Positions 38,590-50,055 of a stretch of DNA of 64,000 nucleotides are shown here, piece after piece. This stretch comes from Hydrolagus affinis. Taxonomy: Eukaryota. Under the pieces are notes generated by a model. It searched no databases, was not told where the DNA came from, and was given only the letters and a program-made list of their open reading frames with translations. Each line of letters opens with the position of its first letter. The stretch's first letter is position 1. Location of the stretch: positions 1-64,000 of the forward strand of contig JAAILG010001164.1 of the NCBI GenBank assembly GCA_012026655.1, written 5' to 3'. Made by a program: the position numbers and the translations under genes.

Positions 38590-40255
38590 GATAATTGCAC
38601 ATTGTTGTTGTCTTAACGTTCAGATAATGCGCTATAATGCAAAGATCATTATTATTATTATTTTAAGTTCTGGCTTCTCTGAGTAAGATTGGAAATTTAG
38701 TGTCTATTAATGTCTACTTAAGGGCTTTCTGCTTTGAAAGCATGTTTGTTATGAATTAGATTGAAGCTTCCCTAACTTTTCTCCTTTTATTAAAACAGAT
38801 AAACCAATACAGTGACCAAACACAGTGATAATCCAAGCTGGAAGGTTAATGATCCTAAAACTGAGCTTTTCTTTACCATAATCAAATAAAATTAAATAAA
38901 TACAAGCTGTAATTTAATATACAGTAAACTCCCTTTATGAAGCTGATAAAACAAAAATGAGGTCAATTTAGCAGCACATTCAATATTTATCATGTCAAAT
39001 ACGCTTGAGGCAGACACTTCCCTCCCCCACTCATTGCCATTCTTGAAGCTAGACTCATGGTTTTCAACTGCTGGCTTTTTACATGTTTAACCTCTTCCCA
39101 ACATATCCTGTTGTCTTGATTTGGTGCTATGTGCTCCAGTTAGTCGTGTAAACACATGCACTGGTTGTGTTAAAGAAGGGACGGCCTCCTCATCTGAAAG
39201 CTATTATACAAATGTAACTTTGTTGTTGTTGTTGGAAGAATCGTAGTTGAAATATTTGTTGCTTTCCTTGCTTTTGGATTTCAGCACTTTCTATTCTGAA
39301 TTTTAGAATTCCAATGGCCTGTCCTTTTTGAATTTAAAAGCTGATGTATACAGTATTTGGATTTTCATTTTTACTCCAAAACATACTATAGATTTTACAA
39401 CTCATCACTTTCTAACATACTTGAAGCATTTAAACTGCATCACAGTAGAATTATAGTTGTAGATATCCATCCACCAGGCCAAGAATCTATGCAAAAAATA
39501 AAGTTAACACATCCCCAGAATTTGCTGATGTCCTCCTGTAATGAAAGGTGCTATATAAGTGTAATTTTGTTGGTGTTGTTTATGTTGCATCCAAGAATGT
39601 TCTGACATTATATATTTTTTTGCAGCATTGACTGGCTAGATTTTCGGTTGACAGGTAGAAAAGAAAACCTAAGAGTACTCTGTGTCATGTATCTAACCAG
39701 TCAAATGAAGCCACATCTGGTGCTGCAAAATCAGCAGTCTTCTATCACTGTAGCACACAAGAACTAACTTTCTTTGTGAAAGTGTTCCCTAGTGCCCACC
39801 ACTCCAATCTTGCTCCTATTCGCTGAATGACGGGCAAACTCTATCGCAGTTTTCTAACAATGATGGCGTGTAATTGTCTGAATCCTCTAGATGTTGCAAG
39901 GGACTATCGTGGGATGACTTTGCGTCTTTGTGGGGAAGGGCCTTGCTGCCATTTAGTCCCCACCTCCACCATTATTCAGTTGAAACTAGTAGCTCCCACA
40001 CGAAGATTTACCATGGTGAACCCATCTCCCATCACCTCATTGGGTCACATATCAACCATCATGTTAAAGTGCTTCAGAAAGATATCTATATTGTGCACTC
40101 ATCTATTCATAATTGAAGACAAATAAATCAACCAAACAAAAATATGTACCATCGCAATATGGTAATGACAGATTAACAGGAATTTTTGTGACTAAATTAC
40201 AACCAATAATGCTGAAAATAACATTGATTTCTCATCTTAACATATAATTGCTCTT

Positions 40256-40303
40256 GACTTTAATGCTTATAGAATATTCCAATATTCTATAAGTATTAAA
40301 GTC
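40256..40303. repeat. 48-bp near-perfect palindrome
   Basis: gactttaatgcttatagaatatt-cc-aatattctataagtattaaagtc; 23-bp arms with one mismatch. Confidence 0.95.
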
Positions 40304-41469
40304 TTTTTATTTGAAACACTACACTTTTGTGTACATTACATGCTTCCCAGTAACACTTGGTTTGAGTAATAGTAACAGCATTAATTATATTTCATTTGCC
40401 GTCTTTAACAGTATTGACCAAATTTAAGAACAAATGAGAACTGCTTATCAAGCTTGAAGAAAATAATCCATCAGTGGCACAATTTAAATTCTATGCAGTT
40501 CACTTATTAATCAAAGTAGCACTTACTATCCTATCTCCATTTCCCATTAACAGTCATTAAGCATCAGTGCTGATTGAAGCAATTTCTTTCTGGCTCACAA
40601 CCTCATTTCTCCCCGAACCTTCTCCATTGGAAAACAATATTAGAAAGAGAATGTGTGAAAAGCCAGCAAAGTGGGTGGCACTTTTTCTTACCGTGACCTT
40701 GACATTTTGCACAAAGAACCCAAAAGGTGCCCTAAAACCTTCACAGACCATTATACTTTTACAACAGTGCTCTCTTTGAGCCTCTAACTAGGGAACATTC
40801 TGTTTATTTTTTAGCTTAATCAGCCAGAAACACCACTAGAATACTTGAGCATTTCCTCATTTAGGATACTTTCAAAACAAACTCTGGAGGCAGCTTGCGT
40901 GCAGGTAAGGAGATGTATGAACTGGTAGTTTATCAAATTTGGGGGCAAGATTGGCGGAGCAGTGGAGAAAACGCAGACACCATGAATACTCGTACTGTCG
41001 GATTGCTGTCGGTGTTGTGTGTTTACATGAATGATGTGTAGTGTAACGCTGCGTAAGATGTTGCTAATGAATGAAACAACACCCAATGTAATTACTGCCC
41101 ATGTTTGTCCAAACATTAGGTCAACCAACTAATTTATACTGCGACATTCACTGAACAAACACAGCCTCAGACAAACAACTGCACTATATGTGGGCAATGT
41201 CACGTAGCGTTACTGGGTCAGTAAATCCAGTTCTTCTCAATGGAAAGGAACTAACTGCTGACAGAATTGTGTTTTTAAAAGCAAATCTTAACCTGCATCT
41301 AGATTATTTAAAAAGTCGAGTCAAACAAGTGGGTCCAAACGTTTGAGTTTTTGAACAACTGGCCTCCCTCCCAAACCAACACCAAGGCAGTTCAGATAAT
41401 AAGGAATTTGGACAATGGGGTTGGGTGGTTTCTTACGTGAGAGGTGACATGAAACACTGCAAAGGCTGG

Positions 41470-41660
41470 AAATGTTAAATAAAAACAGAAAAGACTGGAA
41501 ATGCACAGCAGGGGATATATCAGAGGTCTGAAAGAGAAAGCCAAGAGTGAGTTTCAGGTTAACGTCTGCAGAACTACTGAAAGGTCATAACTCGTCCATT
41601 AACTTGTCTCCCTTTTTTAGATGTTGATTTACCTGCTCTGCATTTGCAGCATTCCAGGGT
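41470..41660. mobile_element. Inverted pair of Penelope-type terminal remnants
   Basis: Left arm ctggaaatgcacagcagg pairs with right arm cctgctctgcatttgcag. Confidence 0.55.
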
Positions 41661-44009
41661 TCAGAGAGCATAAAAAACCAGAGTAAAATCTGAGCAGCTC
41701 ATAATTTAATGAAAACGGATGGCTCTTATCACTTGTAATATTTATATACAAATTTCGGTGTGTATGTGTATGTGTGTTTGTGTGGAGGATTTAATCTGGT
41801 GGTGCTTTTCAGTGCAGGCATTAGATGTTATTTGTCACATAAGAGAACAGGTTTCTTCAGACACAATCGGCAGTTCAGGGCAGGATGAGCCCATATCTTG
41901 TATGTAGATCAGGATGAAATCCGATGTGTATTTTATTTAAAAAAAACATTTTTAATGAGTGAAGGAAGGGTTGGAATTGTTCATGTGAACCAAGGTGAAC
42001 CTCACCTATGAATTATACATACCCTGTGGTATACAATCCTGTAACAATGTTACATAGACTAAAAACGCACAGACTTTTCTTGATGTTACAAACACAGCTT
42101 GGGGTACAATATCTCCCGCTCTGATGACTCCCCATTTAAAGATGTTACCTTGGAAATGCTTACAAAATGTTTCATTAATCTGACAAGCGTGCAATGCATT
42201 AAAAGTGAGCACCTGCCAAAAGTATATGAACACGTGTGACGACTGCCTCCCAGAAATAGAGCTCACTGTTTAACACGTATTAAAGGGGCTTCTAATTTTA
42301 CCAGTTAACTATTAGCACAGCTGGTTGTCCACACCCTCTGTCAAAGTATGAAACACTGACAACCATTTTGCTGATCTTAATTCTGATATGCAATAATTTT
42401 TCAGTAAACATACAGAGAAAGATGAGCAGGTAGCCTTAGCCTTCAACTTACAAACCTCCATTAATATATATTTGCGTGTAAGTACTTACAGGACTCTTAA
42501 CCAGTTTAAAGTAACTGTGATGCCAGCGTTGATTTCAGCACTCCATTGGATTGAACATTCATAGAATTTGGCAGAGATGTAGGGGAAGGAGATTTTAATA
42601 CAACTGATTTGTATCTATAATGAGATATCTACCAATTCTGTATATTGTTTCAGAAATTTTAATATCTCTAGTGGCCGGGAAGCACTAACACTGGAGTTCT
42701 CAGTCCTAACTGATGTTCGAACTCAGCTATGTTGAGTGAGTGAATTTAGGCTTTCCACTAAATAGCATGTAAAGCACCTTGTGCTGCTAAAATACATTTT
42801 CACGGGAGACGAAAGGGGAGAGAGGTGAAGACAAAGGGAAAAATTAATAGGGAAATCAATCTCACCCAGCAAATCATACTACTGTTGGGGGATACAGGTC
42901 AGCAGCTCTGGATTCCAGATAATACTATGCTCTAAAGTAAGATGTATACGGATTGAAGGAAGCAGAAACGGGAATATAAAATAGTATGAAACAATAAAAA
43001 ATCAAATTAGATTTCTATTTTTTAAAAATCATCAATAACTGCAAGAACATTGAGATTCTCAGAGCAATAGCCAATTGATTTTTTTTGAGGTGATAATAGA
43101 TGGCATTTCTAACAAGAGAAACAAACAAGGCTTTGATTTAGGATGAGCTTCAAGGAGGTTCAGAACCTGCATTGATCCAAATGAACTCAATTTGTATCCA
43201 AACAGATATTTCCCAAATTTACTGCTATGGGTATTTCTTTATGTTCCAGTGTTGCACACAAGGCATGAGAGAAACGTAGGAATATTTCTTTAAAAAATAA
43301 TTTGGAAAGTACTTACCAAATAATGGACCTTTTCCATTCTGTGGCCAGCAGATGCCCACACTGTCTCACGATCCTAATCTTCAAACAATTATAATTGTAC
43401 ATAATTGAACTTTAATTCTGAAATTAGCTCCAGAACTGGAGAAAGCCAAGTTCCAAAATGAAACTGAATTGAAGAATTTTCAAAATTTCTGTATGATCAG
43501 AACTTTTATGATATTTGTCTTAAGGTTAAAGCCGTGAAACATTCCAGGCCTCATATGCCAAGAGGAACCGCAAGCAATCTCCTAAAGCTACTTATCTACA
43601 ACTAGATTGCTAGTAGGTGTGTAGGGCAATCTGGCAGGATTCTCCAGCTCTCCTATGTAGGAAAAGACTGGCCCTCTATTCATTGTCTCTTCACAGTAAT
43701 ACACCTGTCGTTGGTAACAACATATGGGGAGCCATCGTCTCATGATTCATTCAGTTAAGCTATCATTTTTAGCACAAAGTATAGCAGCTTAAAAATAGCC
43801 AGCATCCTCATTAAAGAAAGCTGTGAATAAAATCCCAATTAAAATGTGAATTTCCAAGATATGGAAATCAAGAGGTTTGAAATCTAAGTTTCTTGATGTA
43901 TGCAAGCTTGTTTCAGATTTCAAATGCAAAGCAATGCAATTACTGTACAAGCATTTCAAATTGAAACAGTTAAATTCTGCACATTATGTGTGGGCTATTT
44001 GCCTTCTAT

Positions 44010-44440
44010 CCAACAACAATAACATTACATTTGAGGCTCATTCCAATGGGGACAACATTGGGAGGACGTTCCAAGGCGCTGGGCAGACAGTATTTCAGAC
44101 CCGAGTTGGGCGTTGGGATTGAGGAGGGTGGAGGGCAGTGGAAGAAGGAGGGTGATCAAAAGCACAGTCGAAAAGGAGGGTCTTGAGATGGATCATCAAG
44201 GATGCAAAGGAGGGGGAGAGGTTGAGGGACTGTGGAATGGAGTTCCAGAGGGTGGGAACAGAATGGTTGAAGGCCTGTCTGTCAATGGTGAGGCGGGTGA
44301 GACGGGGCATGTGAAGCAAGCCAGAGCTTATTGAGCGGAGGGAGCGGGCAGGATGGGAAGATCTTAGGAGGTCCCAGAGGTGTGGGGAGTGAGGCCATGC
44401 AGGGCTTTGAAGATGAGGACCAGGATCTTGACCTCTGTGT
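44010..44440 (-). mobile_element. L2 LINE 3' end
   Basis: ORF 44095-44319 RQAFNHSVPTLWNSIPQSL..SF...LKTLLFDCAF; (CAA)n tail at 44010-44025. Confidence 0.85.
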
Positions 44441-46614
44441 GATGGAATAAAAATTAAGTAGAAACATGCAATTTCAATGTAGTATTTGTAATCTATCCAA
44501 ACAACAGCAATATTATCTGAAGCCCAAACAGAAAATAAATTTGTCTTCCATCATTTTAATTTTACCTGTGTTCACAGGTCATGGGGTTTAGCTCACAGAT
44601 TTCATCAGCCACTTTCCTACATTGAAGAATTAACAATTTTATATATTACAGGCAGAGATTTGGTAAAAGCCTTTCAACCATCAATATCTGGCTCTCTTGA
44701 CAATCTTCTCCAGCCTACTAATTTGGTTGCAACAGCGAACTCAGTAATTGCATGTTTTAGGCTATAACCATAAAAGCATCAGAGTTCCTTCTGTTCCATG
44801 ACAAGGAAGTGTCAGAAAGATGTAAGCGTGGGGACTGGTGGGGAGGGGGGGGGGGAGGGGGGGTCACATGAAACACTGAATGCACTTAAGCAGTTCAGAT
44901 TGCAATATTACCCTGTTCCCCATTTAACTCAGTGGACTAGCCCAAAGTAACAGCAGCAACATACATCCCAGAGCAATGACGAGTGTACAAACTGTAAAAC
45001 TGTTCTGCAATTGCAGAAGGTAGTGGAGGTCAGTGACACTATTTGCAGAGCGCCAAGATTTCAGTGCTCCTGAGGTGAAGGCATGGCACTGATGATCGAT
45101 CATCAGCTAATGTAGATAAAAACTGTCCGTCCACATTAGTATTTCATTAAAATCACGTGGACTGGTATAAAATATTACATGGAGAGAAGAACTGTTCATT
45201 GTACTATCGCAGGACTGAAATGTACGACTTTACATCAGCATCCTGCTCTTTCTAATGGTGACTGGATACAAATCATCGAGTTGAATTTTTTTGGAAAAAA
45301 AGTACAAATCAATACACTTTAGTTCCGAAGGGAATGAACAGGGGTGGGATTGACTTTGCTGAACACTCGCATATTTCTGCATCAGAAGACAGTTGAAAAC
45401 TAATTATCATCAATCAAATGCAAGGCAGTCTTTTATGCTTATGAGCTAAGCGTAGGGTGTTGTGAGGCTGTCCTGAAGCCAACAGTGCAAGGTTTAAAGG
45501 TAATACCCAAGCCTTTTGCAGATAAGGTGTGGAGATTGTCACTCACTTACAATAACTAACATTAGACTTCTGGGTGACAACATCTATTACACTAACCAAA
45601 ATAGCAACTGATTGATCTTAAAAAAAACTACAGTGATTTCCATAATATCCCAGTTACAGACCAATTAGCAATGCCATGCATCTGATTGTGGAGGTCATCT
45701 CATGTTTGCTGGCTGTATTCCACACTTTGACACGTTGGGTTAAGAGATCAAATGCAGCCCAGCATTGGCACAACGGCATCTCATTATTTATGTCTCTGAA
45801 AAATGATTTATTCGCAGTGTTCAGCTCCTTTAGAGCTGGTAGCCACTACTTGAACCCTCGATCTAATGAACAGGTCAATAAGCATGATACAGGTGGTGCC
45901 ACACAACAGTAAACCGTGCATGATTCTGCCAGTGTTGTCCAGTTTGCTACCCACCCACCCACCCCACTCCCCAATTGACAGAGACACCCACTTAGTCAGT
46001 ACTCCGTGTTTCACTGTCACTATGTTTCTAATTGGTTGGAACAGATTCAGTGCATTGATTTTTTTCGTTTCTTTGAAGCATAAATAAAAGATCCTTCTAA
46101 GTAGTGTTTCACAATGCCCAATTAATGTTGCTGTGGACAACAGCGTACTGTGATAGTTATTATTCAAGTGATGGTTAGCTTTGGGGAGGGGAAAAATCAC
46201 AATTGTCAGATTTGGAATATGTTACAAAATAATACGAAAGGAAGCCTAAAGTTACCGAATCATACTCTAATCAAAGTATTATTCCTTTGGCAAATTGAGA
46301 AAAATATTCAAGAATCTTGCAGGCATACATTTACACAGACACATAATTAGCTTGAATTATCTAAGCATACAGAGGGTAATATAAAGTGGCTTTTAATGTG
46401 GCTCCTGCTGTTTTATACACACAATTTTGGATTATTTTTGCTTTCCGGATATAATCTGAATCACAATTCTAGTTTTGTTCGAATACACTTTTATTGCAGG
46501 GTTTTTGTTCTCAGAATTGTTCTCAGAAGTAAGAAAAAATATTTTTGAAAAAGTTAAATGGGGGGGAAAAAAGTTCAACCATAAGATGTAAGATCTGGAT
46601 AACAGAATATCTTT

Positions 46615-46716
46615 ATAATAATCCTTACATTTGATATAGCGCTTTTCACATCTTACCAACGTCTCAAAGCGCTTCACAGAATATACTGTAAAATGAATTG
46701 ATTGTATATTTGGCAA
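46615..46716 (-). mobile_element. Young SINE tail
   Basis: ataataatccttacatttgatatagcgcttttcacatc..aagcgcttcacagaatatactgtaaa. Confidence 0.9.
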
Positions 46717-47159
46717 AGATGTACATAATTTACAGGAATTCTTCATTAATATTCATGTCATGAACATACATTAAATTACCCACAAACATCTTCTAAAAAG
46801 TAGTGTGGCATTTTATAAATCAGTGCCATGATCAAATAATGCTTATAAATACAGAGAGCTAGCTGCACACCAAAGAAAATTCCACATTTCTGAATTTACA
46901 ATAAATATAAATCTACAACATTTATGCAGAATGCTCACCAGCTATTTCAATAGTTTGAATACTATTAGAATTTAAAGTCTCGGAATTTCCAAATATACAA
47001 ACTTTGGAATCCAATTTGGGAGTTGGGGAAACCATGTGTACACAGGAAAAAATGTAGTTAACAACCAATAAAAAAAATTCTTGGTGTTCCTGCACTTTAC
47101 ATTGGTTTATAACATAATAAAATGCATTGGTATCACCTTCTGTCTGTATTTATTTGTGC

Positions 47160-47243
47160 TTCACAGTAATATCCAATGAAGTACTTTGAGATGCCTCAAT
47201 GATGTGATAAGGCGCTATATCAAAAGCAAGGGCTATCATTATT
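47160..47243 (+). mobile_element. SINE tail fragment
   Basis: tgaagtactttgagatg..gatgtgataaggcgctatatcaaaagcaagggctatcattatta. Confidence 0.7.
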
Positions 47244-47499
47244 AGGTATTAGTTAACACATGATTACCCCAAATTTGATGTTCCATTCCTTGTAGCATCA
47301 TATCTCAGGGCAGGCTGTGGCAAGGAGAACTATGAATTAACACTACTCCATGATACACAGTGAATTTCTGGTTGCAGATGGTTGGGGGAAGGAGAAAAGG
47401 AGGCTTTAAAATGGAGGCAATACCTTTCCCCACAACGAGCAAAGAGGAAAATCAACTTCAGACTTCTATGGGTTACGGTTGGACTTTCTCCCCTCAGAT

Positions 47500-47762
47500 T
47501 TGAGTGCCTCTTAGTGGGCTATTTGGGGGGCATCACAGCCAAAGCTTGTTGTGTTGAGGCTTGCTTTAGACCTATTTTCCCAGCCAGGAACCCTGGTTAA
47601 CCTTTTCTTTTCATAGCTCAGGATCACTGAGGCCCATTCCAATATGCCCAGTTGCCATCACTCCACCCTCTGAGGTCAGGAAAACTAATCATATACTTAA
47701 ATCTTGCAATATTCTGGTCTGTGTGGCTCAGCATTTAACTGTTTTACTAACCAGGAGTAACC
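47500..47762 (-). mobile_element. Possible ancient SINE of a third family
   Basis: ggatcactgaggcccatt..ctgaggtcag..ctggtctgtgtggctcag resembles an old chondrichthyan SINE (recall only; highly diverged). Confidence 0.35.
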
Positions 47763-49875
47763 GTAACTGGAGAAATAAAGTAAAACTGAGAATTTTTAAG
47801 GAAATATTTGAGCGTTTGTATGTAATGCATACACCTCTTTCATTTTTTTTAACAATATCAGTCTTGGATTAAAGCAAAATATATAAAAATCACTTGAAGG
47901 GATGATGGGAATCACTGTTGGTTACATGAACCATAGTTAAGAACAAGCAGCATTCAAGTCTGATGTTACTCTGATATTGACAAATGTTGCTCTCACATCA
48001 ATAAAAGAGGGGAGGTGATGACCAATTCAGCAACCACCTAAAAAATGTCATTAGATTTGGAATAGATGATATTTTGATGCTAAAACCACAGCTACTCATA
48101 GCCTCAGTGATCTGTAGATGTCCACTGGGGTAAAACAACGAAATCATGTCTGATAACACCACTTTTTCTTGTTACATAAACAACAAACTAGAAAGGACTA
48201 TTTGCCTGACTCCTTCCAGACCATGTATTTCATTTCGTGGAGGAAAATTCTGCTGAATTTCTCCATGAGTTGTAACCCAGTCTAACCATCGAGTGAAGTG
48301 CTTTTCATATGTTTGGATGTGATAATGCATAATTATCAGATGCAAGTATTATTATTCTAAGCAAGACTCCACAGTCCTGATGTATTACTTATAAATTAAA
48401 TTAGGCATATGGGAAAATCGATTGGATTGATTTTATCAGTTGACTGCATTTTTAAAAATTGCACTTAATATGTAATTAAATAAACAGTCTAATCCATTAA
48501 CTGCCTATATCCTACTGTTTGTGTTTTTGTGGTTTCATTTGCTGCTTTCAGACGTATCCACTCTAAGTTTGTTATGGCTGCAACCACGGATTTGAAAACT
48601 GCCACTAAACTGATGATTTCTATTTTAAAGTATAGTTAATGCTAAAAGTGCAGAACAAAATATATCTTATATACATTTGTACAAAAAAAAGCCATTCAGA
48701 TCACTTTTCCCCTCAGGAAACTAGATTGAATTAAATTTGCAACATCACCAAAGTAGTTTGCTTAGCCTATTTCTGTTTTGTACCATTATAGTACCAACCT
48801 AAACATCAATCCTCTCTCTGGAGTTTGCATTTAAAAATCAGAAAGTAGAATGATTCTCTCCTTCTTTGTCCTCCTGTGAAACTGCTCATCTTAATGACTG
48901 CACCTACGGCTGAAATAAAACTTAGAAAGCGACTATTCTAGTTATAAAGATGGACACGTGTAAAAGATTTATTTTTTGACTCCAAGTACTGATGAATCTT
49001 TTAGCAAAACTAAAGTCTTGAGGAAATCTTTTCTCCTTCTCTGAGCTGCCAAATGCAGCCTATTTATAGGTCCCTTAGTGCTTGAGGGTTTGGCATAAAA
49101 AAGTAATACATCTAGATGCCACGATGAAAATTGTGGGATGGACTCTCCCATCCAAGACCTTTTAGTAGATGGCACGAGATTCTCTCTCTGTTTACCTCCC
49201 CAAAAGACAAGGGACAGATGTTTAACATCACACCATTAATCCCCAGCCCAGGAAGATGTGACAGCAAAAAACCCAACAGAATGAGCCCTTTGCCTCCACT
49301 CAATGTATGTGTTACAATTTACTACTGTTGTACAGAACAGGGTCAAGCCATTATAAACTTGGCAATTGCCTGTACAGCTGGAAAACAATGTGCATGATAA
49401 GCTGGAATCCAATATCTCACAGCACTAATTAAACAGGTTCCCACCAGGAAAAGCACAAATTACCACATTAAAAGTTTTTTTTGCATCCCCATGCAATTTT
49501 TTTACAGATGTGCTCAGTAGCCACTTCTCTCATTTCCACAAAATACTCTTGTTTATACCACCCAGCCTTTCATTTTCCTGTGCTTTATTAGCGGCATCGT
49601 TTGCCTTAAAGCTTCATCTAAGTATGAATTCTTTCCACGTAAGGAGAATCTTCTCCAGCCTTCTCAGACACAGCCCAGTGCTCCCTGCAGGAGGAATGAA
49701 GTATCATTAACTACCAGAGACACTCCAGGCAGAAGTTGAGGCTCCAGTGTCTAAAACTCTTCCTGTCTCCTATCAAAATTCATATCCTGTCACAGTTCTA
49801 GGAGCAGAAAGGCTTCTCATTATGGCATCATTCCCTCTTGGAAGAAACCCTGATTGCTGCACTGGTGGCTTCTGA

Positions 49876-50055
49876 NNNNNNNNNNNNNNNNNNNNNNNNN
49901 NNNNNNNNNNNNNNNNNNNNNNNNNNNNNNNNNNNNNNNNNNNNNNNNNNNNNNNNNNNNNNNNNNNNNNNNNNNNNNNNNNNNNNNNNNNNNNNNNNNN
50001 NNNNNNNNNNNNNNNNNNNNNNNNNNNNNNNNNNNNNNNNNNNNNNNNNNNNNNN
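49876..50055. other. Assembly gap (180 N)
   Basis: Run of N. Confidence 1.

Noticed and set aside
39790-40126. GC-richer stretch with 80-99 aa ORFs
   Set aside because: Translations on both strands gave no convincing motif; left unassigned.
44830-44863. G-run tracts with G-quadruplex potential (also 20222-20256, 60258-60290)
   Set aside because: Simple poly-G runs are common in this kind of genome, and there is no promoter context.
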